Shown: positions 22,761 to 35,786 of the stretch, one piece after another
Numbering within the stretch: position 1 is the first letter of the stretch
How the letters are laid out: every line of letters begins with the position of its first letter
Assembly: GCA_000934665.2 (NCBI GenBank)
Contig: KZ538867.1
Coordinates: 1 to 43,423, forward strand
Length of the DNA: 43,423 bases
Origin: Catajapyx aquilonaris
Lineage: Eukaryota
Reading direction: 5' to 3'
Made by a program: the position numbers and the translations under genes
Notes under the pieces: model-generated
What the model was told of the DNA's origin: nothing
The model's input: the letters and a program-made list of their open reading frames with translations, nothing else
Databases searched by the model: none

Positions 22761-22906
22761 GGCTAGTTGCACCATAGCAGGAATTTATTGCTTTAAGCCC
22801 TGGGTTTGCCATTGTTGTTAATTATTCGCAATAATATTAACCAAATAATAATAATAAATATTGGTCTGGAGTTTTAAGGCTCGATCTGCAATGGTGCAAC
22901 CAAGCC
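22761..22906. mobile_element. Harbinger-like mini-MITE
   Basis: GGCTAGTTGCACCATAGCAG versus CTGCAATGGTGCAACCAAGCC. TAA on the left only. Confidence 0.5.
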
Positions 22907-23006
22907 TGTGCGTGACAGTGAGAAGCCAGTCCCATGACTGTGTTTTTAGTTTCTGACATTTAAAAAAATTGCTCTTGTTTTTATGACAGTTGCAATGTAT
23001 TTGATT

Positions 23007-23341
23007 TAGAGAGCCTTGATGAAGAGAGTCGCCAACTTCTCCGTAAGGTCATCTCTGATTGGCTGGAGTAATTTTGGGAGTGTTTGTGTCATATGGGGGC
23101 CGCCATCTTGAATTGCTATGGAAACTGTATTCTAGAACCGTGGAAACGGTGGCTGGCTCTGACATGCTGCTGCTTTTTCGAGCGATATTTGAATGCCCAC
23201 ACACAATTTGTATGCAACCATAAGATCGTTTCCAAGGTTTTAGAACACTGTTTCCACGGCAATTCAAGATGGTGGCCTCTGCACAACACGTAAACACTCC
23301 ATAATGACTCGGCCAATGACTCTCTTCTTCAAGGCTCTCTA
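23007..23341. mobile_element. hAT-type MITE
   Basis: TAGAGAGCCTTGA...TCAAGGCTCTCTA TIR, perfect 8-bp TSD ATTTGATT, internal inverted arms. Confidence 0.85.
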
Positions 23342-23537
23342 ATTTGATTATATTCTTTAATACTAACTCCGAATGTAATGTTTAAAAAAATGTATTAAAA
23401 TTTCATGTAACTTCAAGAAACTAAAAGATAATTAGATTTAAAAATTTTCTAGCTTAGTTATGTTGATGGTTATACTGTGAGTAACCTCCAATGAAGAATA
23501 ACATGAATGTAAAAATGTTACTGGATTACTGCACATA

Positions 23538-24050
23538 TAGCGGCATGCTGGTATACTCTGGGAGAGTTTGCTGGCCAGTATAATAGAGGATAATTTTTGT
23601 TGTTTATTTACTCCCTTGAAAATTCTTATAGGCTAAGTCAATGTATTTCAATGTTCACTATGCTATTAAATGGCTATAAATTTTTTGTGTGGACCACAGG
23701 TTAGAAGTGAAGTATAATGGGAACTTATGCTTATTTATAATACGTGAACCTTGCTCAGAGTGTGGGGGCAGGTCTCTTATTGCGCAAGTTTTGAGGGATT
23801 TTCAGGCTCATGGAACCTTAGAAAATGGCCACTGACTGATATAGGGTAAATAGAACAGATCTATGTTCTTTTATTTTTCCCCTTCTCAGGTGAGATTGTG
23901 GTTTCAAAATGATGTTATTTTTTCAGGTAAAATGTAGACAAACCCCAACTCTGTACTGGCATACCCCACTCTATACTGACATGGTAGCACCACCAGATGT
24001 GCATTTTATGTATAAATCTGGTCAGCCCCGATTTTACCAGCATGCCGCTA
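23538..24050. mobile_element. MITE with TAG termini (superfamily uncertain, possibly Academ-like)
   Basis: 16-bp TIR TAGCGGCATGCTGGTA. No clear TSD. Confidence 0.6.
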
Positions 24051-24148
24051 TTTTCAGGGTAATGCAATACATGTTTGTGTGGTGAAGCATAATAGACTTT
24101 GTGATTTCATCTATTGCATGCAATAAGAATGATGATTTTTGTTTTCAG

Positions 24149-24294
24149 AGTTCAAACGAGGGTGGTGGCGCATTTGGGATCCAGAGCAACTAAAATCATT
24201 GGTGGAAGCTCTACATCCAAGAGGTATTCGAGAGAGAGAATTGAAGAGGATGCTCAAGAAGAATATGAGCATAAGCATTGAAGCATGTCAGAAG
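24149..24294 (+). CDS. BAZ2B: BAZ2B-like exon, WHIM3/WSD motif (GWWRI...LHPRGIRERELK)
   Basis: ttttcAG acceptor, GTAAGG donor. The frame joins ...PIPE to EFKRGWW. Confidence 0.93.
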
Positions 24295-25158
24295 GTAAGG
24301 TTGAACAGTCTCAAATGCAGTAGCATACACAAAAGTGCAGCATATCTAACAAAATAAGCCAATGTGTACCCACAGAGGCAGAACTCACCATGTTTCTCAG
24401 CATGACTGCTTTCACTGACACAAGTAGTGTGTGAATACAAGTGCTATTCTTATTTACACAATGCCACAGTCAAAAGAGACACTTTTTGATGTCTCCTGGT
24501 GACCCAAGCCTTCGACTCCAAGCCATACTTCTGTAACATTTCTTGAAAAATATTGTAAATATTGTATTGAAATTTTTGAATGGGCATTTGTAGGCAATGT
24601 TCTTTATTTCTAAAGTATTTCGGGTTTTAACAAGAATGGTGAGGGTCAGATAACCTGTACATGGTGACGTAATTATTTAGGTATAATGAGGTGCTCTTTT
24701 CATCCTAGCAAACTGAGAAAAACAAACTTACAGTTGTAAGTAAAAACTGTGTTTGCCGCTCAAGTAGAAACGTGAGTCGGGTGTAGTCCAGAGTTTCTGC
24801 ACTAGATTGTTTGTGTACTGTGCAGCTTTCAGAGCTCTAGACTCCACTTCGCACCAACAACTCTCCTTTGCCAACCTGAATGCATTGTTGCTGTTGCTTT
24901 ACTGCTCTCTTGCTTTGCACTCTAGTCTGCAGTTATCTGCTTTGCTGTTTTTTGAAATCTCTGTATGCACCCTGGAAGAAGTCGCCAAATTGTCTGGACA
25001 AATTTGCTGGGGAGATTTGGTCAATTGGCTTGGGATTCTAATTCTCCAGAATGATGCACCCTGAGTCAGTGCATAGCTCCGGAGAAGACTGGATGACTCT
25101 TTGTTAATTTGTGCTCAATAGTGGTGTTCGTAGAATTAATCATTGCTCTTTGTTACAG

Positions 25159-25401
25159 GAGCTGGATGATTTAGAAGCTGTAGATGATGAGGATGAAGAG
25201 GATGAAGAGGAAGAGGATGACAAGGATAAAGACCCAGATGGCAAGAAAATAGAGGAAAAAGAAAAGGAAGAGCCAAGTCCTCCTCAACCTGACCCAGCTG
25301 ATGCTTGGGATCCAGCCGTAGCCCTTCGTGTTGATCTGTTAATGCTAGAACAAGTGGAAGCCCTGGAGGACAAGGTGGCTAGTGCCTCAATGCAAGTGAA
25401 G
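25159..25401 (+). CDS. BAZ2B: BAZ2B-like exon (…LEQVEALEDKVASASMQVK)
   Basis: ttacAG acceptor, GTAAAG donor. Conserved BAZ2 helix. Confidence 0.9.
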
Positions 25402-25458
25402 GTAAAGAACTGTGTTATCTGAAAGGAGAAGAGTTGGTTAAATGGTGAGATTTTTCAG

Positions 25459-25637
25459 GGGTGGAAGGTTCCAGCACGTCTATCAACAAGCAATTCTGTT
25501 AACTTCCGTCCAGCATGTGTTTGTAAAGAAGACACTGATGAAGAACGGGTGAACCCAGTAGAAGTTGCAAAAGAGCGGCTATTGTCTTTGGAAGCGGCCA
25601 TTGAACGCCGATATCTGAAGGCGCCTCTTGGAAACAG
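25459..25637 (+). CDS. BAZ2B: BAZ2B-like exon (GWKVP...LEAAIERRYLKAPLG)
   Basis: ttttcAG acceptor, GTTGGT donor (phase 2). IERRYLK motif typical of BAZ proteins. Confidence 0.9.
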
Positions 25638-25714
25638 GTTGGTGTGGCATAAACCATGGAGAGGGCTGAACTGAAAGCAGAAGAAAGCTTTTAACCTGAC
25701 ACATTGCCTTGCAG

Positions 25715-25892
25715 CAACAGTGAAGTGAGCCTGTCAACATTAGTGGGTGAGACCACTCTGTCAGAAGATGTGCCAAAGGGTCTGGTAGTGTGGCGGGAAG
25801 CAGTGAGGAGGGCAGAAACTTCTGCCCAACTAGCAATGTGCTTTTATATGCTGGAAGCCTCAGTGGCCTGGGACAAAAGCATAATGAAAGCG
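25715..25892 (+). CDS. BAZ2B: BAZ2B-like exon (…GLVVWREAV...[11 protein letters not shown])
   Basis: gcAG acceptor with an alternative in-frame AG at 25719-25720, GTAAGA donor. Confidence 0.88.
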
Positions 25893-25949
25893 GTAAGACT
25901 TTACAAAACACCTTCTGACCTGGAGGCTTCACTTAATTCTGTTCCACAG

Positions 25950-26071
25950 AACTGCCAGTTCTGCCATAGTGGTGACAATGAGGACAAACTCCTCCTCTGT
26001 GATGGTTGTGATAAAGGTTACCACACTTACTGCTTCAAGCCTAAGATGGATCAAATCCCAGATGGCGATTG
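25950..26071 (+). CDS. BAZ2B: BAZ2B-like exon, PHD finger 1
   Basis: CQFC...[15 protein letters not shown]...GDW. cacAG acceptor, GTGAGT donor. Confidence 0.95.
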
Positions 26072-26218
26072 GTGAGTAGAATACATTCAAAATCTATTTA
26101 TTGTTCTCCTTTGCTTGAAATGGTCTCATTTTAGCAGAGGAATTAAGTGTCATTCTTTTAAAAGATATTGGTCTTCACGTTGGTGTACTTGCACATAACA
26201 GAAGTATTGCTTCCGTAG

Positions 26219-26360
26219 GTACTGCTTTGAGTGTGTGAACAAGGCAACAGGTGAACGCAACTGCATCGTTTGTGGGAAGCAAGAGCGAAAGAATCTTCTA
26301 CTTTGTGATCAGTGTCCTCGTGCCTACCACATAGACTGCTTGCAACCCCCACTCTTAAAG
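26219..26360 (+). CDS. BAZ2B: BAZ2B-like exon, end of PHD1 and PHD finger 2
   Basis: YCFEC...CIVC...LLLCDQCPRAYHIDC. cgtAG acceptor, GTTGGT donor. Confidence 0.92.
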
Positions 26361-26419
26361 GTTGGTTCTGTTTATTTACTATGTGTGACATTAGAGTGAA
26401 CTACATTTATTACACTCAG

Positions 26420-26742
26420 ATGCCAAGAGGAAAGTGGCTGTGCCCTGGGTGTCAGTCCAAGCAACCCAAGAAACGTGGCCGCAAGCGCAAGTCGAGCGAG
26501 ACAGATGGGGGCACCACTGGTACAGATGACATACCCCCACCTAGTGGAAGTGCAAAGAAGGAGCGAAAGAAGGTGGCCAAGGATTTGACCCCATGTTGGC
26601 AGGTTCTGGAGGAGTTAGAAGGGCATGATGATGCTTGGCCTTTTCTTTTGCCAGTCAATACTAAGCAATTTCCCACATACCGCAAGATTATTAAAATCCC
26701 AATGGACGTATCCACCATTCGCAAGAAGTTGCAAGATGGGCA
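26420..26742 (+). CDS. BAZ2B: BAZ2B-like exon, PHD2 end, basic NLS-like stretch, bromodomain N-terminal part
   Basis: GKWLCPGC, PKKRGRKRK, AWPFLLPV...YRKIIKIPMD. GTAAGT donor (phase 2). Confidence 0.95.
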
Positions 26743-27173
26743 GTAAGTACTTATGCATTTTGTCATGTGTTCCAGAATTAACCTCTAGTCCATATTTATG
26801 TTAGCCCTAAGATAGGTTTTTTATGAGCGCTCTGGGTATCAGGGAAAAAAAGGGTTTCCTGTTGTGGTTGTGCACTGGTTTGATAAGTATGCATCCTACA
26901 GTAGTATATTTTGGGTATGGCTTCCATGAAAAAAATTATGCATAATCAAAACATCACAACTTCACTACCACTAAAGCCATGTTCCCCATGTTCAGGCTGC
27001 TCTCTTTCTATGGGCAAGGCATATCCATTTCCAACTTGTTGGCCGCCATCCTCCCCAGCTTGACAGGGAGGTGGAGGGACAAGTAAAGTAAGTTGCTTTT
27101 TCAGGTTATAAACATCATAGGTGCTTTGGCATTTTTACTACAGAACTGGTCATATGAGGCTCGAATCAGTATA

Positions 27174-28821
27174 CTATCCGTTTATGTAATATAGAGCCCT
27201 GTGTTTGATTCTAAACAACTCCCAGGCAAATTATCCAAAAAAAATAATGGTATGTATTGTGAGAAAGCTAGTTTAAATCCACGTTACATATATGAGTTGT
27301 TTTCCTATCGTCAGTCTCGAATTTTTTATCGTAAAAAGAAGGCGGAAACATGTCATTTTTTGACTAGTTGCCGACGTTACATCGCAAAGTGGATTTTTTG
27401 ACACTTTCAGGAGGCCAAAAAAATCCCCCTGTGAACCCTGGATAGTGCACTTCTTTGTCTATCTAATGATATATTTGAAACGTTGAGATTGCCATTTCTG
27501 TAATCATAATTAAGTTAATTGCACACCTCTGTTATCTCGACTGTTTATAATCCGAATTACTTGGCGAATGTATCGACGGCAAGCCAGAAATGTGTGTGAT
27601 AAGATTACACCGTACTCTATTACACTAAAATTTTAAGTATTTAAAAATATCGCCATCTATTCCCGCTAGAAAGTGGGCTGGGTCCTTTTCTATTACACTT
27701 TCTAAAACAGTACTTTTAAAAAGTTTAGTGTAATAGAACACAATGTAATCTTATCACACACATTTCTGGCTTGCCGTCGATACATTCGCGAAGTAATTCG
27801 GATTATAAACAGCCGAGATAACAGAGGTGTGCAATTAACTTAATTATGATTACAGAAATGGCAATCTCAATGTTTCAAATATATCATTAGATAGACAAAG
27901 AAGTGCACTATCCAGGGTTCACAGGTGGATTTTTTTGGCCTCCTGAAAGTGTCATAAAAAATTCACTTTGCTGTGTAACGTCGGCAACTAATCAAAAAAT
28001 GACACTTTTCCGCCTTCTTTTTGCGATAAAAAATTCGAGTCTGACGATAGGAAAACAACTTGCATATATGTAACGTGGATTTAACACTTAACCACCAACG
28101 TGGGGTATTTTTCTACCCCACAACGTAGTTAATACCATCGCGATTAATAAATTTTGTATGAAATGAAAAATGGCAGGCCTATATTCCTCAGACATACTTT
28201 CTTCGATCCAAAGAAAATTTTTTACATCAGTAGAAATTTTTTTTGCGGAGTTACCGGTACTTTTCTGCTGCTAAGCGTCCCTGTGGGGTCCAGATGTACC
28301 CCACGTCGTAGCCAATGTACATAATTTTTTAGAGAACACATCACAGCGCATCACAGAAAAATGGTATTTTATCAAGATTAGTGTGAGTGTTGATATTAAG
28401 CAATAAATATTGCTCGGAACTAAAATCTTGCAGACCCTGCAGCTGGGAATGTTTACATTATAAGCCATTATTTACGGCATCGAACTGGAAGGCTACGAAG
28501 GTGCGATAACGGAGTCTCAGGTCCCTTATGACTCAACTAATGGTCACAGGAGATCGATTTTTTTTACACATGCAGATGAGAATACAGGCCGAATTTAGCG
28601 CGGAAGATTGGCTTTAGTGCTATTAAAGCAAATTTTTTAAAAAATGAAAACTGTGTGGGGTCGTGAAATACCCCACGTCGTAGCCAATGTGTGGTAGATT
28701 CACGTTGGTGGTTAAGTGTTAAACAAGCTTTCTAATGATACATACCATTATTTTTTTGGGATAATTTGCCTGGGAGTTGTTTAGAGTCAAACACGGGGCT
28801 CTATATTAAATAAACGGATAG
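27174..28821. mobile_element. Fold-back element with very long TIRs
   Basis: TA-CTATCCGTTTA...TAAACGGATAG-TA. Left arm of about 470 bp is the reverse complement of about 27710-28084 plus 28723-28821. Confidence 0.9.
28085..28718. mobile_element. piggyBac-like MITE inserted in the right arm of the fold-back element
   Basis: TTAA TSD, 18-bp TIR CACTTAACCACCAACGTG. The empty site is visible in the left arm. Confidence 0.87.
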
Positions 28822-29207
28822 TAAATACTATTCATGTGGGGTGATAATTATGAGGGAAGTCACAATGCCCTAGTCTCTATTGACTCCTAGTCTCATCTCT
28901 TGCCTGGGACAGGGAGGGTGAACTGCCCAGCTCACCCAGGTTACCCAGGTGAACTCATCTGGTCATAGTGATTCTGACTCCTCAAGCACATGCTGCCTGA
29001 ACAGGGGGAAGTTGAGGGGTCATTCTTTAAGTATGGTGTCCTGGAAGGGGGTGGGGGAATTGATACCAGCATGAGGGATCATGACTGGAAGTAAGGGGAA
29101 TTAGCATGCAGCATGATATGTAGGCTGTCCCAAGAAAAGTCTGCGGGATTAATTGGGCTTTTCCTACTCTCAATCCCCCCACCCTTCCACCTTCCCCCTG
29201 CGTTTAA

Positions 29208-30016
29208 CCCAGATATGCAGAGTATCCCCTATGGGGGACACCTGCACAGTTGTTATATTTTAATTTTTTTGCACTGGTTTTTCTGCTGCTAAAGAGCTGG
29301 CAGTAGTCACGGGCGCTTCAGGATAGTCCCAGCTAACGATGCAAGTTCAAACCTGCTCAAATCTTACTTCAGCTTTTTAAGACACAGGTGTTTGAATTTT
29401 AACTCAGGAAATAATGGCTGCACCTTCATGTTCCGAATATGATTAGTAATTAATTCTCGAATATTTATTAATGTTATGAGTTATTTTTTTGTTTGTAATA
29501 CTTAGAAAACTTATGAATGATGTTGTCAACAGGGAAATATAGGCATATTTTTTACTTTCCTTGTCTGAGAGTAGTGTTGAAATCTGGTGTCCCCTCGGGG
29601 GAACACAAGAGGCAAATGCACCCACATTTGGACAAGTAAAGTATGTGTGTGGATTTTGTACGCTTTGTTGAACTGTATTTTAACAAATCCATACAATTAA
29701 AACGAGATTCCATGGCAATTGGTTAACATGGCAAGGCAACCGTTGCAACAATGCTCGATTGTTGTTGATTGTTACTCAATCACAACCCATTCTTTGCACA
29801 GCCTGTTTCCATGGTAATGCAATCGACAACTGTTATAGCCATGTACTAGGTTACATTTTCCTAGCATCCCATAATTGTAGGGAACAGCCATTTTCTCGCA
29901 AACAAGCATTCAGAAAAATGTTTAATCTCATTTTTTTGTGTTTTGGGAACTAATATGAACTAATAGAAACAAAAAAGTTCAAAAATTCAACAAAAACTTT
30001 TCCCGGCATAACTGGG
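29208..30016. mobile_element. Older piggyBac-like MITE
   Basis: TTAA-CCCAGATATGC ... GCATAACTGGG-TTAA. Confidence 0.65.
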
Positions 30017-30137
30017 TTAACCGGTATTCACCGGAGGAAAGGTACAGATACCAGATGGGTATTTTTTTATCCTGGGTTGCCCTTGCATCTGGCAGGCAAC
30101 TCTACTTTGCCCTCCTCCTCTCTCTCTCCCCCCCCCC

Positions 30138-30356
30138 NNNNNNNNNNNNNNNNNNNNNNNNNNNNNNNNNNNNNNNNNNNNNNNNNNNNNNNNNNNNNNN
30201 NNNNNNNNNNNNNNNNNNNNNNNNNNNNNNNNNNNNNNNNNNNNNNNNNNNNNNNNNNNNNNNNNNNNNNNNNNNNNNNNNNNNNNNNNNNNNNNNNNNN
30301 NNNNNNNNNNNNNNNNNNNNNNNNNNNNNNNNNNNNNNNNNNNNNNNNNNNNNNNN
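30138..30356. other. Assembly gap flanked by poly-C and poly-G
   Basis: Run of N. Confidence 0.99.
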
Positions 30357-31115
30357 GGGGGGGGGGGGGGGTGACACATAGCAATGTGACTGTCAGTAAA
30401 TGTTACTTACTCACCCATTGCCAGACACATTCCTGATAACTCTTGTCTTTCCTCAGCAATCATGCTACTTTAATAATTATAATTTGTATATTAGTAAAAC
30501 TGGTTTAGGGTGCCAGGTCATAAAATTTAATTTCGAGATGTTGCCCTTGTGCACCACTGGAAGAAAATACTGATACCTTAGGGGTGCAAGCAGCTCCAAA
30601 TGCTGGTGCAGGTGGAAGTGTGCATGAATCAACCTGGCAACCCACTTGCCCTGCAGCATTATTGAGCTTGCCCCCATGGAAGTGGCTTGCCAGGTTGATC
30701 CATACACCCTTCCACCCATGTCTGCATTGGGTGATGTTTGTACCCCATAAGGTTGTTTTATCCAGTAGTGTACATGCACGGAAAACAAAATTGGGCACAA
30801 AGTTTGTACACTAGCTGGGTGGGAAATGTAAAGTCACGCACTTTGAGGATTTTGTAAAGGTAAAGGTTTTAAAATCCAACCCCTCTTATCCCCACCACCT
30901 GGTACAGTACCTGGCATTCACAAAAATACCTTATACTGCTTTATTCATTGCTGAGACTAACTGACTTGACTACCAAGTTTGAAGAATGTCTGAGACTTGC
31001 ACTTGGTGAATATCTTGTGTTACATAACTCTTAGTACAACTGTCACAAAAATGTAGTGCCATGTCAATGTTTCAGCCTTTACAATACAATGTGACTAATG
31101 TTAAGTTTATTACAG

Positions 31116-31266
31116 GTACAAAACCAGAGAAGAATTCTGCAGTGACATGAGGCAAATATTTGACAACTGTGAAACCTTTAATGAAGATGACTCACCTGTG
31201 GGCAAAGCAGGTCACAGCATGCGCTCATACTTTGAAACCCGTTGGCAAGAGCTGGTGGCACATTAG
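31116..31266 (+). CDS. BAZ2B: BAZ2B-like terminal coding exon, bromodomain C-terminal part to stop
   Basis: tacAG acceptor. YKTREEFCSDMRQIFDNCETFNEDDSPVG...RWQELVAH then TAG at 31264-31266. Confidence 0.95.
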
Positions 31267-34200
31267 TGTTATGACGAGCTCTTACTTTCACCAAAATCAG
31301 AGTATGGTCACAGCCATTTTACATGTGAGGACTCTTCAGTTATGGGCCATTTATACAGACACAAGAGCCTTGTGTACAGAGCATTTAATATTTATATTTG
31401 GATGTATGTATGTGTGAAGAGACTCTGTCTGTCACATCCGCCAGCACTCCCATTTTTGGAGTACATTGATAGCAAGGGATGTAGTGGCGCAGATGAGATT
31501 TGCACATTATTCTAATTTTCTACGAGATGTTGAAAATGATGTTTTTTTGTACTTAGATGTGTGTATTTCCATATATATATATATATATACATATATACAT
31601 ATACATATAATATAAGTAAGTGTGGTTCACTTCAGACAAACCAGTGGGAATCAAGATTTTATGAGGTCCCTCAGGAATTTTCCTGAATAGCTCGTTCTGG
31701 GCTAGTGAGCAACTTTAAGCCACCACTCTCATGGGTGAGAGGACATCCTTACTACACCCCACATGATGTGTAAAAAAAAAAGAATAGTGAGACTGACATT
31801 TCTATGGTGGTTGGTTTCTTTATCTTTCTTCGTTTTATACGTAGAATAGAAGTGGTTTGCGTGACAAAGGGGAAGCTTGCACACAGACTAAGGTGTAAAG
31901 TTGTACATATTTCTTTGATTTATCATTGTAGGCGAGGTAACCAACAGTTAGGTTCTTCGCTGTGTATTGATATTTATAGAATTTTGTCTTGAGAAAATGC
32001 TGGTAACTTTTCCTAGAGAACAGTACTCTAGAAACTGTATGATACTGTGGTCAGTGCACAATGGAGCACATTTTATGACTTTTGTAGGCATTTTTTGATG
32101 GTGATAGTTTGGCAAAAAAAGCAAAAAAAAAATCCCATTATCTTCCTAACTTGATGTCTGCCACGTGGCTGTTCAAATTTTTCTGTAATTTTGTGAAATC
32201 ATGTATGTTAACTTGCCCAACATTTGGCTCCCTGTTGGACCAAAATATACACCTGTTCAAAAGGAAATGCCACTGGACAAAGGGGGGAAAGATCATGCAC
32301 AAGTAGAGTGCACTCAGGCTGCTGTCATGTTGGTCAATCTTGTGTTGCTACAAAACTAGGAAAACCCAGGAATACAGGTATATGAATGAAAATCAGGTGT
32401 CTAAATCTTGTAAGATTCAGTAACCCGGGTAACTGAATTCCATTCGGGATGTAAGTCCCAGTTCCGGTTCAAATTCCATCTCAGACTTTGAATTTCACGT
32501 CGGATCCAGGTACATGTTCAGAACCAGATAGGTCTGACCATGTGATGTATGATATGGTAAGACTTATATACATCGTTCATGTGCTGTGCATTCATTAATG
32601 CACACAAGTGCTGTGAGCATATTCGTATGGAACATGTCATAAAAAGGGGCCTATTGGGTCTAGACATGCCTAAATGCATGCAATAAAGCCAAACTAATGG
32701 AAAGCAAGCATCTTCTGCTCGTTACATGTGCCATATTACTATACTCAGTGCATTTGTATACCCTGCACATTAAAATACAACTTGTATCCTACACTGCCTA
32801 CTGGCACAAGATGGATCCGAATCATAATAGGTACCCAGATCCAAATCCAACGTTGGATTTGAGTCCAACATAGGGGTCGAGTCTGAAATGGGAATTGACT
32901 CCAGATCTGGATACCCAAATACTCGAATACTTTTGAATAATTTGAATCCAACTTCTAACCTTAATTGTTACAGGCCAACAAAACTCTAACTGAATGCATG
33001 ATGAAAAACTTGTGTTTCTGCCAGAATTGTATTCCATCTTTCACTTGAATCCAGATTTTCTCTTAGTGTAGCTGTTGTATCACAGCTACTCGGAGGGAAA
33101 AGCCTAGGTCATGCTACGTGACATGTGAGGTAATGCATTGTAACTTTCACACTCTGACATGTAAGAGACAGCCAGGCTTTTGTTTATTCACAACCAGTGA
33201 AACAAATCAGGACAAATTTCAGGAAAGCTGAGCTGCACAGAAAGTACAGTATTTTTATTATTTCTTGACATGCACATATTTTTGCATACTGATAGTATGC
33301 CCATGTCCTCACAGGCCCCCCCCCNCCCCCCCTCACACCCATTGTCTATGCAGGTGTTGAGCTCTGGAGATTCAGACAGTGTGCCTGGTCAAAAGTTCCG
33401 CAGATTCGTTCACAATGCCCGTTTGTTGATTTCATCTCTTGTATGGCAGCTATAGGCATCATTGTCTGTCATTCTGTTGGTTGTGTAAGGCATCTTGGTA
33501 TAACATTACAATGGGGTAGGGGTCAGTATAATACATATATGTGAACAGGACAAGTCGCCACGTGGCATGGCCTTTCTAGGAGCTGTTCTCTTCCAGATGT
33601 ATTACTTTTCATTTTTAAATTTGCCTTTAAATTTTGTTGCTGCCACTCACTGGTGCTTGAATCCCTTGGACTCCGCAGTCATAGCTTCCAGATAGTCCAG
33701 GGATCTTTTTTCCTTGCTTTCGAGGTCGGTATTGGCCGTCACCAGTACATACTTGGTGATAGTTTTTGACATGTAAAGACTGAGTTTTCTTATGGCAAGA
33801 TGAAGTCCTTTTAGTTTATATAAGCAATTGTCTCTGTACAAATTGTGGCCATCATGTGAAGTCAATCATTACCCAACCTGGTCAATAGCTTGATTGACCT
33901 GCTTGCATAACGGTTGAATTCAGCTGTGCCGTACAGAAGTGCGTCCCACTTGTTACTGTTGCTCACAGTGGGTGACGTACGATACCGACAAGTTAACAGT
34001 GAAGCTATCAACAAGTCAATGCATTTTTCAATATTTTTTACAGATAATATACTGCTGGTTTAATTGTAAAGAATCATGAGGGCAGTGTGTGGAGTTAATT
34101 ACAGTACATGTGCTATGGTCCCTATCATGTTAAAAATGGAAACATATGGACTAATTGTTGATAATGAGTACACTTGAGACCACACTAAAATTGCAGCAAC

Positions 34201-34537
34201 TGAGGCTTAATTTGCTGCAATTTTTTTCTGCAATAGTGTACCTTCACTTTCACAGTTACTAATTGTACACTGCATTCTCATTCATTACCATTGCTACAAC
34301 ATATGAACAAATTATCACTGCTGGTTGTTAATGATTGATTGATGATAATTCCATTCCATTTCCAAATGTCATGTATGCCATCATTCATCTGCTGTCAGCA
34401 GGCATGCCAACTGTCCTCTCACATGCTGAAACATCATATGCTAAGGGCAGTTTCTTGTTAGCTGTGAGATTGCAGCTGCTGTGGCTCAGGCAGAGTTCAA
34501 TGTGGCCATGCTTGATGATTATTTGTCTCTTAAATGT

Positions 34538-34611
34538 GCCTCGATAGCTCAGCTGGCTAGAGCACTCCCTCAATCTGGGGGAGGACCCGGGTTCGAGTCC
34601 CGGTCGAGGCG
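34538..34611 (+). ncRNA. tRNA-like cloverleaf with non-canonical anticodon loop (tRNA pseudogene, SINE head or structured UTR element)
   Basis: Acceptor stem GCCTCGA/TCGAGGC, D stem GCTC/GAGC, anticodon stem CTCCC/GGGGG with loop TCAATCT, T stem CCGGG/CCCGG with loop TTCGAGT. Confidence 0.6.
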
Positions 34612-35780
34612 TCAGTTCTTACCCCTTCACAAATACTTTTCCTTCTACATCCCAGTCACCATTCAATCTGTTTGACTTGTCACTGGATTACTTTTTTCAG
34701 AGCCCACTGGTAATGGCTGAGAATGTGGGCTTGTTTGCCTCACTCTTGAGACAGTATTTTTCTATAGGCAGCATGAAGGTGCAACATAGTTGGAACTAAT
34801 TTTTTAGCTCATGAGGATGGGGACCAGTGTTGACAAGTTTCCCCCCTAAAGAGTGACATGCATAATGAAACTAGATGCAAATCAGTTGTGGTTAACCTGG
34901 AACAGGACATGTGGCCATACAAGATATTTTAGCCTAGAGGTGTGTAAGGTAGAAACTAGTTAGGTTCATTTTTTCCAAAGCGTTTTACCACATATATGGG
35001 TGGCTGTCTGTCACAGTTTAGCCAAGTTCATTGCTTTTCAGAGACTATAATACCAACTCTTATGTTCTTGACCAATTGGGTTGTTGCTACACTACCTCAA
35101 ATTTTCTTGAGCAGTTTCCATTGCCTTAGACAACCAGGTGACGTAGCCAGAGAGAGCACGTTTTTGAGTTTCTTGGAGCATCACTCACTCGACTTGCCAC
35201 AGGACAAGTATCGTGAACCATGTACCGTACAATACCTCATGTATGGTGATAACCCTACAAGCATTCATCAGCTAGTTTATAAATCAGATCAGTTTAATTT
35301 CATAACGTTAATAATTTATTCCTCACAAAGGGTCTCTACATGGAATGAGTCCCAATATGTCCAACATGAATTTGTGTATTTGCTTGTACATATGCTTTGA
35401 ACAGTAATACACCAGTAGTGGTCTTCTTGTACAACTTTGTTTTCTTTACCTTGGTGATCCAATTTATTGGGTGTAGGGATGATTGTTCAGAGAATTCAGA
35501 GTTACATCATAAGAAGACTTAAGAAGGCCATTTGGTTATCCAAGGCTTGAAATGTTGAGCACCCAACCACCTGTATCCTAAGAGTCCATTGTTTGAATCC
35601 CTGCCTTATGATTTTCTCTGTGAGAAGCATTTCCTGTGATGTGCTGTGCATATTTTTGGTTTTATTAGAACGATTCCACTTTATTGTACTTTTTAAAAAT
35701 GATTCTTAATAAGGTTCCATTTAAAAAGTAGATACTAATAGTAGTAATACTACATTGGAAATGAAGTGGGGCATTTACTG

Positions 35781-35786
35781 AATAAA
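35781..35786 (+). promoter_or_regulatory. Candidate distal polyadenylation signal (a proximal AATAAA also occurs at 32682-32687)
   Basis: AATAAA followed by U/GU-rich sequence, ending a stretch of about 4.5 kb after the stop codon in which I recognised few TEs. Confidence 0.4.

Noticed and set aside
30017..30436. ORFs spanning the N run
   Set aside because: Artefacts of the assembly gap.
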